Positions 43,552-53,460 of a stretch of 64,000 nucleotides of DNA are shown here, piece by piece. Positions within the stretch are counted from its first letter, which is position 1, and every line of letters starts with the position of its first letter. The position numbers and the translations under genes were made by a program. Where the stretch lies: positions 367,796 to 431,795 of the forward strand of contig JBGARZ010000007.1 of NCBI GenBank assembly GCA_044229975.1, in the 5' to 3' direction. The notes under the pieces are model-generated. The model was not told the origin of the DNA. It did not search any database and saw only the letters and a program-made list of their open reading frames with translations. Origin of the DNA: Polyangiales bacterium (GTDB lineage Bacteria > Myxococcota_A > Polyangia > Polyangiales > Ga0077539).

Positions 43552-44512
43552 GGAGGTCCATCCCTGAATAGAGGCGCGCCACCTGCTCGGTGTATCCATT
43601 GAACATCAGCGTGCGCCGCCGACCCGACTCGCCGATGCGCTGCTCGGTGGCCTGACTCCATCGCGGGTGATCGACCTGCGGGTTCACATTCGCGTAGAAG
43701 CCGTATTCACCGGGCGCCTGGCGGTTCCAGGTGGTGGGCGGCATGGTCGCCAGCAGGGTGATCTTCACGATCGACTTGATTCCCTTGAAGCCATACTTCC
43801 AGGGCACCACGAGGCGCACCGGGGCGCCGTCCTGCGGCGGCAGCTCACGCCCGTAGAGGCCGGTCGCCAGCAGGGTGAGCGGGTGCATCGCCTCGTCGAG
43901 TCGCAGCCCTTCGACGTACGGCCAGTCGAGCGACGCGACGCGCTGACCGGGCATCCGCACCGGGTCGTGCAGCGTCTCGAAGGCGACGTAGCGCGCCTCG
44001 GGCATCGGCTCGACCAACTCCAGCAGCTTCGACAGCGAGAAGCCCGCCCACGGGATGACCATGGACCACGCCTCGACGCATCGCATGCGGTACACGCGCT
44101 CTTCGGGGGCGCTCACCCGCCGCAGGTCGTCGAGGTCGAACACCCGCGGCCGACGCACCATGCCGCCCACGTTGATGCGCCAGCCCGCGGTGGAGAAGCC
44201 CGCCGCGCTCTCGGCCACGCCGTCCTTGTCCGTCGTGAACTCGTAGAAGTTGTTGTAGTGCGTGATGGCTTCGAGCGACGTCCGCGGCTCGTCGACCTGA
44301 TAGCCCAGAGCCGCGGCATCAGGCACCGGGGCCGTGGCCACCGTGGCGAGTCGGCGGGTGTCGACAGGGGTCTCCGAGCGCCCGTTGAGCGCGCGGTAGA
44401 GGCCGCCGGTGGCGACGGCGCTCACGGCCAGCGCGACGCCCCGCATGATCGCGCGGCGGTTGAAGTACAGCGCGGGCGGGGTGATCTCGCGGTCGGGGAT
44501 GGGCGGGTCCAT
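43538..44512 (-). CDS. msrP: Protein-methionine-sulfoxide reductase catalytic molybdoenzyme subunit
   Basis: EITP..Y.NRR Tat region, YNNFYEF, YRMRCVEAWSM, WPYVEGLRLDEAMHPL, PWKYGFKGIKSI, HPRWSQATE. Confidence 0.96.
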   Translation of the reverse strand: MDPPIPDREITPPALYFNRRAIMRGVALAVSAVATGGLYRALNGRSETPVDTRRLATVATAPVPDAAALGYQVDEPRTSLEAITHYNNFYEFTTDKDGVAESAAGFSTAGWRINVGGMVRRPRVFDLDDLRRVSAPEERVYRMRCVEAWSMVIPWAGFSLSKLLELVEPMPEARYVAFETLHDPVRMPGQRVASLDWPYVEGLRLDEAMHPLTLLATGLYGRELPPQDGAPVRLVVPWKYGFKGIKSIVKITLLATMPPTTWNRQAPGEYGFYANVNPQVDHPRWSQATEQRIGESGRRRTLMFNGYTEQVARLYSGMDLRANY

Positions 44513-44641
44513 GGACGTCCTTCGGTGGGGATCGCCGAGCGATACGCCCGGCTTGGGTGGCGGTTACAGGGGCTGACGCCCGTCGTGGGGCGGGTGGATG
44601 TTCGTTGCCGCGTCGCCCGATGGTCTGCGACCCTGCACTCC

Positions 44642-45613
44642 ATGAAGAGACTAGGGTGGATCGGGGCGTTGGTGTTTGTTGGTTGTGCCTCCGAGATGGT
44701 GCAGGCTCCAGCCGACGCGGGCAGTGGCACCGACGTCGTCGCGGTCGACACACCGACGGTGGACGCTCCCTCGCCGGACGTTGCGCGCGCCGACGCGCCC
44801 GCGCCGACGGACGTGCCGCCGCCTGTCGATCGACCCGCGCCGACGGACGTGCCCACGCCCATCGATACGCCTGCGCCGACGGACGTGCCCGCGCCCACGG
44901 ATGTTCCTGCGCTGGCGGATGCGCTCGCTCCCTTCGACGCGCAGCCGGACGTTCCGCCGACGCCGACGGACGTCCCTCCTGCGCCGACGGATGTCCCGCC
45001 CGCGGACGTCCCGTGTCCGACGGGGCAGGCGCGCTGCGGCGGCGTCTGCATCGACATCACCACCAGCCGCGACCATTGCGGCGGCTGCGGCGTCTCATGC
45101 TGCGCGGGCAACTCGTGCGCCGCCGGTACATGCCAACCCGGCTGCCCCGCCGGCTGGTCCGCCTGCTTCCCCTCTGGTCCGACGTGCGGCATCTGCGCCA
45201 ACACGCAGACCGACACCGCCAACTGCGGACGCTGCGGAGGCGCCTGCGCGGCGGGGCAGGTCTGCGTCTCGGGTGAGTGCCGCGCGCCCTTCACCGGCAT
45301 CGCGCCGTGCACCACCGCAGGCGACTACGTGACGGCCTCCACCATCACCTTCGGTGGAGCGATTGGCAGCAGCTACTCGCCCCGCTGCATCACCGTCCGC
45401 CGCGGCACCACCGTCGCGTGGGAGGGCGCCTTCGGGAGCCACCCGCTGAGCCCGTCCACCCGCGGCGCATCGAGCAACCCGATTCCGCTCACGAACAGCG
45501 GGACGCGCGCGACGGCCCTCTTCGGCGCGACGGGCTTCTTCCCCTACTTCTGTACCTTCCACGGCGACAACGCCGGCGGCGGGATGTCCGGCGTGGTGCA
45601 GGTCATCGAGTAG
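44642..45613 (+). CDS. Lipoprotein with PTDVP linker, two Cys-rich modules and a plastocyanin-like cupredoxin head
   Basis: MKRLGW..FVGC; type-1 Cu ligands HPL...YFCTFH...GMSG. Confidence 0.85.
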   Translation: MKRLGWIGALVFVGCASEMVQAPADAGSGTDVVAVDTPTVDAPSPDVARADAPAPTDVPPPVDRPAPTDVPTPIDTPAPTDVPAPTDVPALADALAPFDAQPDVPPTPTDVPPAPTDVPPADVPCPTGQARCGGVCIDITTSRDHCGGCGVSCCAGNSCAAGTCQPGCPAGWSACFPSGPTCGICANTQTDTANCGRCGGACAAGQVCVSGECRAPFTGIAPCTTAGDYVTASTITFGGAIGSSYSPRCITVRRGTTVAWEGAFGSHPLSPSTRGASSNPIPLTNSGTRATALFGATGFFPYFCTFHGDNAGGGMSGVVQVIE

Positions 45614-45656
45614 CGTTCGCTTCCCTCCCGCCGTGCGCGCGAGCGAGACTGCGCCC

Positions 45657-46322
45657 ATGGAGCGTCGCCCTCCCGCCATCCTGACCGTCGCCCTCCTGGC
45701 GCTCTCGTGTCGCAACCCGGCGCACGAGGCATTGGTCCCCGCCAACCCGTATCTCCGCCTGCCCCGGCAGACGCGCCAGTACACCACCATCTGGAACTCC
45801 AACGAGCCATCGGCGTACTCCACCCGCACCACCGAGACCTGGGGTCCGGAGACGACCGTCGGGCGCCTCACGGTTCGCACCATCGAGAGCCGCGAGACGC
45901 AGGACGGACAGCCCGACCACGTCGAGCGCATGAAGGTGTTCGTCGATCGCGGGGCCTTCGGCTTCTACTCGTCCATCGGCGCCAACGGCGAGGAGCGCTA
46001 CGACCCGCCCGAGGTGGTGCTGCCCGCGCAGCCGCGCGCCGGTCAGCGCTGGGAGGGAGAGCACCGCCACGGCCGCCGGGTGATTCGTCGCACCTGCGAG
46101 CTGGTCGCCTTCGGGGGTTGCTCTCGCGGGCTGAGCGCCGACTGCCACTCGCGCATGCAGGACGGAACCGTCGTCCACCAGGTCGAACACTTCTGTCACG
46201 GCATCGGCTGGATCGGGGAGGACGCCTCGATCTTCAACGCGCGCGGTCGCGTGGGCACCACCATCGGGGCGGTGATTCAAGACGGCGTGCGGACGTCTCG
46301 CGCGCTGCCTTCACCACCGTGA
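45657..46322 (+). CDS. Hypothetical lipoprotein
   Basis: Lipobox ALSC; beta-rich with P..GQRW and FCHGIGWI. Confidence 0.7.
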   Translation: MERRPPAILTVALLALSCRNPAHEALVPANPYLRLPRQTRQYTTIWNSNEPSAYSTRTTETWGPETTVGRLTVRTIESRETQDGQPDHVERMKVFVDRGAFGFYSSIGANGEERYDPPEVVLPAQPRAGQRWEGEHRHGRRVIRRTCELVAFGGCSRGLSADCHSRMQDGTVVHQVEHFCHGIGWIGEDASIFNARGRVGTTIGAVIQDGVRTSRALPSPP

Positions 46323-46324
46323 GC

Positions 46325-46969
46325 TCAGTGAGCTGCGCCCGCGGTGCCGCCCGGCGCGGCGCCCTCGTGGGGATGGCAGTTGAAGCAGCCGAAGCCCCGC
46401 CGGGTCTGCGGATTGAACGGCTGCTCTCCGAGGAGCTGCGCCATCGCCGGGCTCACGCGCGTCCCCATGAACTCGTACATCCGATGCTGCGCCGCCATGC
46501 GCTGCTGCGCGGCGGGCGTGCCGAAGGCGGGCAACGCCGGGAGCGAGTTGGGCATGTGGAAGTGCACCGCGCGGGCGTTGGTGCCGTGGCAGGTCGCGCA
46601 GGTCACGGTCGCGAACTGCACCGGGTCGTACGCCTGTAGCAACGCGGTCATGGCGGGCATCACGGCCTCTCCCATGTAGCGACCCTTCTGCTGGTCGGTC
46701 ATGCGCGCCCAGGGCTGCGCCGGGCCATGCAGCCCCGTCGGCATCGGGGGAAGGGGCGCCTCGGGGGCCGGGCCCGCGTCTTCGGCTTGAGCAACCGTGG
46801 TCGCGGGGACGTCCGCTTCGGCGACGGTTCCGGCGTCGGGCTCGGTGACCGGGGCAGTCACCACGGGGTCGGTGACGGGCGTGGGGTTGGCGGTGCGCGA
46901 GCTGCCGGAGCAGCTCAGCGTGAACAGCGCGAGGATCGACAGGTGGGCGACGTGGGTACGGCTTCGCAT
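46325..46969 (-). CDS. Diheme c-type cytochrome lipoprotein
   Basis: Lipobox TLSC; CATCH and CFNCH; Met-rich helices (YM..VMP.M, FM..VSP.M). Confidence 0.85.
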   Translation of the reverse strand: MRSRTHVAHLSILALFTLSCSGSSRTANPTPVTDPVVTAPVTEPDAGTVAEADVPATTVAQAEDAGPAPEAPLPPMPTGLHGPAQPWARMTDQQKGRYMGEAVMPAMTALLQAYDPVQFATVTCATCHGTNARAVHFHMPNSLPALPAFGTPAAQQRMAAQHRMYEFMGTRVSPAMAQLLGEQPFNPQTRRGFGCFNCHPHEGAAPGGTAGAAH

Positions 46970-47099
46970 GAGCGGGAGTCTCTTGCCCGGCGCGCCGACT
47001 GCCAAGGACCAAGATTCCACGGCGTGGCTTTCGGGTACTCCCGGCGCCGACTCGTCGTGAGTGGTGCCCGCGCTCGGGGCGGGCGTGCCGCCGGGGTAG

Positions 47100-49514
47100 T
47101 CAGCGGAGCGTGAGGGCGGGCACGGCGCAGCGCGCGGCGACGGAGGTGCTCACGAAGCGGAAGATGTACGTCCGTCCGAAGAGCCCGCGGAGCACCGAGG
47201 CCGAGCCCGTGGCGTTGCTCGGGCAGGTGTAGTCGTACGCCGTGCCGCTCGCGGTGCCCCACGCGGGCGACGTCGCCGTCGGGGTCGCGACGATGCGGAG
47301 GTTGCCGGGGTTGCCCGTCACCGAGAGCGTCGAGCACCCGATGCCGAACTGGAAGTGGTAGGTCGTCGCGCGCCCGAAGATGCGCGTGACCACCCCATCG
47401 CCCGGGCACACGTATCGGAAGTCCTCGCTCGCGCTGGGCCCCACGCTCCCGACGTTGGTGCTCCCGACGACGGTCGCGGTGTAGCGGTGCGGCGTCACCG
47501 AGCGGTCCTCGACCAGCGTCGGGGTGCCGCAGATGACGTTGATGTTGGAGACGTAGGCGGTCTGTCGCCGCCCGTAGAAGCCCCGCACCACCTGCCCCGC
47601 GGGGCACGTCGCGCTCGTCGTGGCGGCCGACCCCAGGGCCCCGTACTCGGGCGACGTGTAGTCGAAGCCAGCGAGCCCGCCGAAGGCCGTCGGGCACCCC
47701 TCGTCCGCGGCCCCGTCGCAGCTGTTGTCGCGCCCGTCGCAGACCTCCGCGCCGGTGACGCCGCAGGCCCCGCAGTTGGTAGCGCTCGTCGCCAGGTCGG
47801 TCTCGCAGCCGTTGGTGACGTTGGCGTCGCAGTTGCCCCGGCCCACGTTGCAGCTCGCGACCGCGCACACCCCGGCGCTGCACGCCGCCGTCGCGTTGGG
47901 CGGCGCGCACGCGTTGCCGCACGTTCCGCAGTGGGCGACGCTCGCACGGAGGTCGACCTCACAGCCATTGGCGGCGTTGCCGTCGCAGTCGCCGAAGCCC
48001 GCGACGCACTGGGTCCCGCACGTCCCGGACGAACAGGTGGCCGTCGTGTTGGGCGCCGCCGAACACCCGCGCCCGCACGCCCCGCAGTGGGCCGCCGAGG
48101 TGCGCGTGTTGCTCTCGCAGCCGTTGGCCGCGTTGCCGTCGCAGTCGGCGAAGGTGCTCCCGCACGCCGCGATGGTGCACGCGCCGTCGACACACGCCGG
48201 CGTCCCCCCGGCCACCGTGCAGCGCGTGGTGCACGTCCCGCAGCGGTCGGCGGTCGAGCGAAGGTCGGCCTCGCAGCCGTTGCTCGCGTCGCCGTCGCAG
48301 TCGCCGAAGCCCGCCGCGCAGGTGTACCCGCAGCGCCCGGCCGTGCAGGTGGCCGTCGCGTGAGCGGGGACCGGGCACGCCGTCCCGCACGCGCCGCAGT
48401 GGGCCACCGACGTCCGCACGCTGGTCTCGCAGCCGTTGGCCGCGTCGCCGTCGCAGTCCCCGAGGCCCGCGTTGCAGTTGACCCCGCACACGCCCATGTC
48501 GCAGCGGGGCATCGCCGCGCCCGCCCGCGCCGGGCACACGTTGTTGCAGCGCCCGCAGTGGCTCGCGTCGCGCGACACCGCCCGCTCGCAGCCGTTGGCC
48601 GGGTCACCGTCGCAGTCCGCCATCCCCGCGGCGCAGGTGTATCCGCAGCGCCCGGCGGCGCACGCCACCGTCCCGGCGCCCGGCGGGGTCGCGCAGGCGA
48701 TCGAGCAGGTGCCGCAGCGCGTGGCGTCGCTCCGCAGATCGGCCTCGCAGCCGTCGGCGAGCATGGCGTTGCAGTCCGCGAAGCCCATGGTGCACGCCTC
48801 GATGCCGCAGACCCCAGCCACACACGACGGAACCCCATTGGCCGCCGCGCACCGCCGCGAGCACGACCCGCAGTTGCCGATGTCGGCCTGCACGTCGACG
48901 CACGACCCCTCGCAGCAGACCTCTCCCGTCGCGCACCCGCGGCGCTCGTTGCAGCCGGGCTGACACTGACCCATCCGGCAGACCGAGCGCACCGCGCAGT
49001 CGTCGTCGGTGTTGCAGTCGAGGCAGACGTGGCGCGTGAGGTCGCAGCGGGCGGGAGAGGTTCCGCCGTCGGGCAGCGTGGCTGGGGCGCAGGCGCTGTC
49101 GGCGCGGCAGCCGAGGGAGCACGCGAAGGTCGCCGGGTCGCAGTACTGCCCGGTGGGGCATCGGTCGTCCGCCGGGAGGCACGCGACGCAGCGCCCGTCG
49201 GGACCGCACAGCCGCCCTTCGCTGCACTCTGCCGAGCTCGTGCAACCGGGCCCGACGTCGGCGACGGGCTCGCCCACATCCGGCGGAGGCGGCGCGTCGT
49301 CCACCACGGCAGGGGTGTCGATGGCGGTGTCCATCGCGCGAACATCGAACGACGGCTCGTTGCCCGCGTCCGCCTTGGCGCCGACGTCGACCACCTTCAC
49401 GTCGACGGGCGCCGCGCCACCGTCGTTGTCATCGGACGGCTGGGCGTCGAAGCACCCGGCCACGCCCAACACCAACGCCATCCACCCGGAGTACCGCCGC
49501 GCGCCGTCTCGCAT
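47100..49514 (-). CDS. Lipoprotein with Cys-rich stalk, a putative metal-binding motif and a beta-prism/jacalin-like head
   Basis: Lipobox VAGC; about 8 CGxC modules; EVCDGRDNSCDGAADEG; three CPxxxV.RG.xGR units. Confidence 0.85.
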   Translation of the reverse strand: MRDGARRYSGWMALVLGVAGCFDAQPSDDNDGGAAPVDVKVVDVGAKADAGNEPSFDVRAMDTAIDTPAVVDDAPPPPDVGEPVADVGPGCTSSAECSEGRLCGPDGRCVACLPADDRCPTGQYCDPATFACSLGCRADSACAPATLPDGGTSPARCDLTRHVCLDCNTDDDCAVRSVCRMGQCQPGCNERRGCATGEVCCEGSCVDVQADIGNCGSCSRRCAAANGVPSCVAGVCGIEACTMGFADCNAMLADGCEADLRSDATRCGTCSIACATPPGAGTVACAAGRCGYTCAAGMADCDGDPANGCERAVSRDASHCGRCNNVCPARAGAAMPRCDMGVCGVNCNAGLGDCDGDAANGCETSVRTSVAHCGACGTACPVPAHATATCTAGRCGYTCAAGFGDCDGDASNGCEADLRSTADRCGTCTTRCTVAGGTPACVDGACTIAACGSTFADCDGNAANGCESNTRTSAAHCGACGRGCSAAPNTTATCSSGTCGTQCVAGFGDCDGNAANGCEVDLRASVAHCGTCGNACAPPNATAACSAGVCAVASCNVGRGNCDANVTNGCETDLATSATNCGACGVTGAEVCDGRDNSCDGAADEGCPTAFGGLAGFDYTSPEYGALGSAATTSATCPAGQVVRGFYGRRQTAYVSNINVICGTPTLVEDRSVTPHRYTATVVGSTNVGSVGPSASEDFRYVCPGDGVVTRIFGRATTYHFQFGIGCSTLSVTGNPGNLRIVATPTATSPAWGTASGTAYDYTCPSNATGSASVLRGLFGRTYIFRFVSTSVAARCAVPALTLR

Positions 49515-49774
49515 CGGTGCGAGACCCTACCTTGCGCCCGTCGCTGGCGTCATCCGGCGCTGCCACACGCCGGGGCTGTCGTCACAAAATCCCGACGGTA
49601 TCATCGGCTGAGGGCGAATGTGCGGGGCCGCGGCCCCGGGATGTGTCAACGTGCTTCGTCCCACGCCACACCAACCTCCCCCGGAAGTTGGTGGGCGATC
49701 GGGGTCACCGATCCCACGCACATAGACCTCGCGGCGGCCCTTCGGGGGTCGCAGCGCAACCCACGAGGTGTCGA

Positions 49775-49969
49775 TTGAGTACAAACGGACGACCGTCTTT
49801 CGCAAAGCGTCAGAAGGAAATGGCCCGGCAGGAGAAGCAGCGCGACAAGGCCGTGAAGCGGGCCCAGCGCGGCACCGCCACCGCCGCCGAAGGTGAGGAG
49901 CGCGTGACCGTCGACGAGAACGGCAACGTCGTCAGCGTGTTCGTTCCCGCCAACCAGCCCACGGGCTGA
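49775..49969 (+). CDS. 64-aa small basic protein
   Basis: GAGGTG RBS plus TTG start; STNGRPSFAKRQKEMARQEKQRDKAVKRAQR followed by an acidic tail. Confidence 0.75.
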   Translation: MSTNGRPSFAKRQKEMARQEKQRDKAVKRAQRGTATAAEGEERVTVDENGNVVSVFVPANQPTG

Positions 49970-50010
49970 CCCGCCTCCGGTTCCCCCCGACCCACTCCCC
50001 GCTCACCCCA

Positions 50011-51408
50011 TCACCGTCGGCGCGACCCGATGAAGCTCCACGCTGCCGAGACGAAGTTCGTCGGCAGGTTGTGCCCGTCGTTGCGCAGCGCCGTCTGCAC
50101 GGTCGCGCCGACTGCCTGCATCCGCGCCTCCAGCTCGCAGGTGTACTGAACCGACACCAGCGGATCGCTGGTCCCGTGGGCGAGGTAGCCCGGCGGCATG
50201 CGACCGTCGCTGCGCAGGGTGACGGGCTTGTCGGGGCCGCCGCACGAGCACCAGCCCGACCGCGAGCGCAGCGCGGCGCAGGTCGAGCCGCTGCCCTGAA
50301 ACGAGCAGCTCCAGGTGTTGGCGCAGGGGTTGATGCCGCCGCTGCTGGTGGCGAAGGCCGCGATGCGATCGGCCAGCACCGAGGCCACCGTGGTCGCGAA
50401 GAAAGCCCCGTTGGAGTGCCCGAGCGCGTACACGCGCCCCGCGTCGACGTTGAACGCCCGCCTCGCCTCGGCGATGCACGCGCGCACCAGCACCAGGTCT
50501 TCGTTGCTGTTGGGATCGTTGTTCGGGTACGTCTCCCAGAAGGTCTCTTCGGTGCGGTGGTCCCAGTCGCCGCGGGACATGTACCGGGAGCTCGGCGACA
50601 CCACGATGGCCCCGTTGGCGTTGGCGACGGACTGCGCGTCGGTCTCGTCGAGCATCACGCTGCCTGACCCGTTGGTGCCGTGGAAGAGCAGCATCAACGG
50701 AGGCGATGACCCGCGCGAGGTGGGCACGTACACCACCACCTCGCGGTCGTTGCCGTTGACCCGGATGGTCGCCGTGCGTCGGCCGCTCGCGGTGGAGAAG
50801 GTGCCGCTGTACGAGACCGTGTCGCCGGTGGTGGAGCCGGTGTCCACGCGCGTCCCGGTGTCGATGATGGTGGGGACGTCGCGGGGCGTTCCGACGTCGA
50901 TGACGGTGGGCACGTCGCGAGGCGTTCCGACGTCCACGCGGGTGCCCGCGTCGGCGTTGCCGGGAGCGCAGAGCGCGACGTAGCCCGCCTCGGCGTAGCA
51001 GTCGTTGTCGGTGTCGCAGTGGCAGCGCGCCTCGCCCGGCCAGCACTCGCGGATCTGCCCCGCCGCGTTGCGGAGGTTGCCCATCGCATCGCGGGTCACC
51101 GCCTCGTACACGCAGCGCCCGACGTCGACGACGGTCGGAGCATCCCGCGTCGTCGTCCCGAGGTCCGTGACGGGGAAGCCCGCGTCGGGTCGAGGGGTGC
51201 CCGCGTCCATGCCGACGGTTCCGGCGTCGCGCGGCGTGCCGACGTCGCGCGGCGTGCCGACGTCCACCCTCCCCACGTCGCGCGGGGTCTGCCGGTCGGT
51301 GGTGGTGCCACTGTCGCGGGTGGTGGGCTGGGCCTGCGAGCTCGGCTCGGTCGCGTCGCAGGCGGCGAGAACGAGAGCACACCAGGCGAAGACGGCCCGT
51401 CGTTTCAT
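50011..51408 (-). CDS. Lipoprotein with PHB-depolymerase-like esterase domain
   Basis: Lipobox LAAC; DVGTPR repeats; LLFHGT, RVYALGHSNG, HGTSDPLV, GH. Confidence 0.88.
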   Translation of the reverse strand: MKRRAVFAWCALVLAACDATEPSSQAQPTTRDSGTTTDRQTPRDVGRVDVGTPRDVGTPRDAGTVGMDAGTPRPDAGFPVTDLGTTTRDAPTVVDVGRCVYEAVTRDAMGNLRNAAGQIRECWPGEARCHCDTDNDCYAEAGYVALCAPGNADAGTRVDVGTPRDVPTVIDVGTPRDVPTIIDTGTRVDTGSTTGDTVSYSGTFSTASGRRTATIRVNGNDREVVVYVPTSRGSSPPLMLLFHGTNGSGSVMLDETDAQSVANANGAIVVSPSSRYMSRGDWDHRTEETFWETYPNNDPNSNEDLVLVRACIAEARRAFNVDAGRVYALGHSNGAFFATTVASVLADRIAAFATSSGGINPCANTWSCSFQGSGSTCAALRSRSGWCSCGGPDKPVTLRSDGRMPPGYLAHGTSDPLVSVQYTCELEARMQAVGATVQTALRNDGHNLPTNFVSAAWSFIGSRRR

Positions 51409-51464
51409 CGGTCTCTATCGGTATGCCAGGTGCTCGCCCGCCACAAGGGCAGACGCCGCGCGGG

Positions 51465-52361
51465 TCATGTCCCCTGTCGTTCCAGCTTCGGCGCACCGAG
51501 CAGCTTCGCGAGGAAGTCCGACACGGCGCGCACCCGCGGACTCCTGGCGAGGTCGCGGTGCACCATCTGCCAGATCACCCGCGGCTCCGGGGAGGTGCGC
51601 GTCGCGACGCGGGTGAGCAGCGGGTCGAGGTCGGCGACGACGCGCGGGAGCAGCGCGAGCCCGACGCCCCCGACGGCGGCCGAGTAGATGGAGCTCACCG
51701 AGTCCGAGCGCAGCGCGACCGAGGCGCCGTCGGAGATTCGGGCGAACCAGCGGTTTTCGATGGCGAAGGTGGGGGTGTCGTCGAAGAGCACGAGGCGGTG
51801 CCCGCGGAGGTGCTCGTCGGGCGCGTCGGGGTGGCCGTAGCGCGCGAGGTACGCGGGCGAGGCGTAGAGCGCGAGCTCGATGGGGGAGAGCTTGCGGGCG
51901 ATGAGGTTCTCCTCGACAGGGCGGGCGAGGCGCAGGGCGATGTCGGCTTCGCGGCGCGCGAGGGAGACCGTTCGGTTGGTGCACTCCAGGCGCAGCACGA
52001 TGCCCGGGTGGCGCTCGCTGAAGCGCGCGAGGTGCGGGGCGATGAAGCGCGTCGCCATCATCTCGGTGACCGACACACGAACCACGCCCGCGAGGCGCTC
52101 GTCGCGGCCGGCGAGCTCACGTTCGAGCGCCTGGGCTTCGCGCTCGATGCGCTCGGCGCGGGGTAGCAGGTCGCGGCCCGCGAGGGTGATGGCGTAGCCC
52201 GCGGGCGTGCGGTCGAAGAGCTTCGCGCCGATGGTGGACTCCAGCGCTGCGAGCCGTCGGCCGACGGTGGTCGGGTCGATGGCGAGGCGCACGCCCGCTG
52301 CGGAGAGGGTCCCCTCGCGATGCACGGCGAGGAAGTGCCGGAGGTCGTCCCACACGATCAT
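51465..52361 (-). CDS. LysR-family transcriptional regulator
   Basis: WDDLRHFLAVHREGTLSAAG..TVGRRLAALE..LFDR; SLARREADIALR. Confidence 0.94.
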   Translation of the reverse strand: MIVWDDLRHFLAVHREGTLSAAGVRLAIDPTTVGRRLAALESTIGAKLFDRTPAGYAITLAGRDLLPRAERIEREAQALERELAGRDERLAGVVRVSVTEMMATRFIAPHLARFSERHPGIVLRLECTNRTVSLARREADIALRLARPVEENLIARKLSPIELALYASPAYLARYGHPDAPDEHLRGHRLVLFDDTPTFAIENRWFARISDGASVALRSDSVSSIYSAAVGGVGLALLPRVVADLDPLLTRVATRTSPEPRVIWQMVHRDLARSPRVRAVSDFLAKLLGAPKLERQGT

Positions 52362-52472
52362 GGGAAGAGACGCTAACCGATCCGCGCGGGCGAGCGGGCG
52401 CTGCGGAGCCGCAGGGCAGGACTGCACAATCACCGCGCGACGACGTGGGGGTGGCGCCCCTACGGTTGGTCC

Positions 52473-53450
52473 ATGAACAACCAACACGAATCGATGGTTC
52501 AGGGCCACGGCTTCTCCCTCACCACGGACGACGGCGTCGCGCTCGCGGCGGCCGTCCACGAGCCCACCGGAGGAGCCCGCGGCAACGTGGTCATCCTCGG
52601 GGCGACGGCGGTGCCGAGGGTGTTCTACGACCGCTTCGCGGCGCACCTCGCGGCGCATGGTCTGCGGGTGCTGAGCTTCGACTACCGCGGGGTGGGCGGG
52701 TCGCGGCACGGGTCGCTCAAGGGCAACGACGCGACGATGACCGACTGGGCGTCACGCGACGCGCGGGCGGCGGTCGCGTGGGTGAAGCGCGAGCACGCGG
52801 GCGAGAAGGTGTTCGTGGTGGGGCACTCGTTTGGCGGACAGGCGCTGGGGGTCTGCGACGAGCTGGGCGACGTCGACGCGGTGGTCACCGTGGGGGCGCA
52901 GCTCGGCTCGCGGCGGCACTGGCCGGCGGCGCAGAGCATGGCGCTGGGGCTGTGGTGGAGCCTGATCCCGGCGGTGACCAACACCGTGGGCTGGCTGCCT
53001 GGTTGGATGGGCCTGACGCACGACCTCCCGGCGGGCGTCGCCAACGAGTGGGCGCGCTGGTGCAGCCACCCGGATTACCTCGTCGGGTATGTCGACGGGG
53101 CCGCGCGGCGCTTCGCCCGGGTGACGGCGCCGGTGCTGGCGTACAGCTTCACCGACGACGCGTACGCGCCGCGGCAGGCGGTGGAGGCGCTGCTCGGTCG
53201 GCTCTCGGGAACGCGCCCGTTGCACCGTCGGGTGGCGCCCGCGGCGCTGGGCGTGGCGGCCATCGGGCACTTCGGGTTCTTCCGACCGGCGACGGGGGCG
53301 GTGCTGTGGGGAGAGCTGACGGCGTTCTTCGAGGACGTGACGGAGGGGAGGGCGCTGCGGGTGGCGGAGACGGTGCGCGCGCAGGGTGACGCGTGGTGCA
53401 CGCTCGACGAGGCCGAGCTGCTGGCCGACCTCACGCACGGGATGGGCTGA
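52473..53450 (+). CDS. Alpha/beta hydrolase
   Basis: FDYRGVGGS, VGHSFGG, FTDD, IGHFGFF; divergent from LysR. Confidence 0.9.
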   Translation: MNNQHESMVQGHGFSLTTDDGVALAAAVHEPTGGARGNVVILGATAVPRVFYDRFAAHLAAHGLRVLSFDYRGVGGSRHGSLKGNDATMTDWASRDARAAVAWVKREHAGEKVFVVGHSFGGQALGVCDELGDVDAVVTVGAQLGSRRHWPAAQSMALGLWWSLIPAVTNTVGWLPGWMGLTHDLPAGVANEWARWCSHPDYLVGYVDGAARRFARVTAPVLAYSFTDDAYAPRQAVEALLGRLSGTRPLHRRVAPAALGVAAIGHFGFFRPATGAVLWGELTAFFEDVTEGRALRVAETVRAQGDAWCTLDEAELLADLTHGMG

Positions 53451-53460
53451 GCGGCCCTCC

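Noticed and set aside
43667..44641. N-terminal extension of the cupredoxin lipoprotein
   Set aside because: Antisense to msrP; the signal peptide starts at ATG 44642
52401..52426. Possible LysR box (CTGCGGAGCCGCAG)
   Set aside because: Spacing does not fit T-N11-A cleanly, and short GC palindromes are common by chance here
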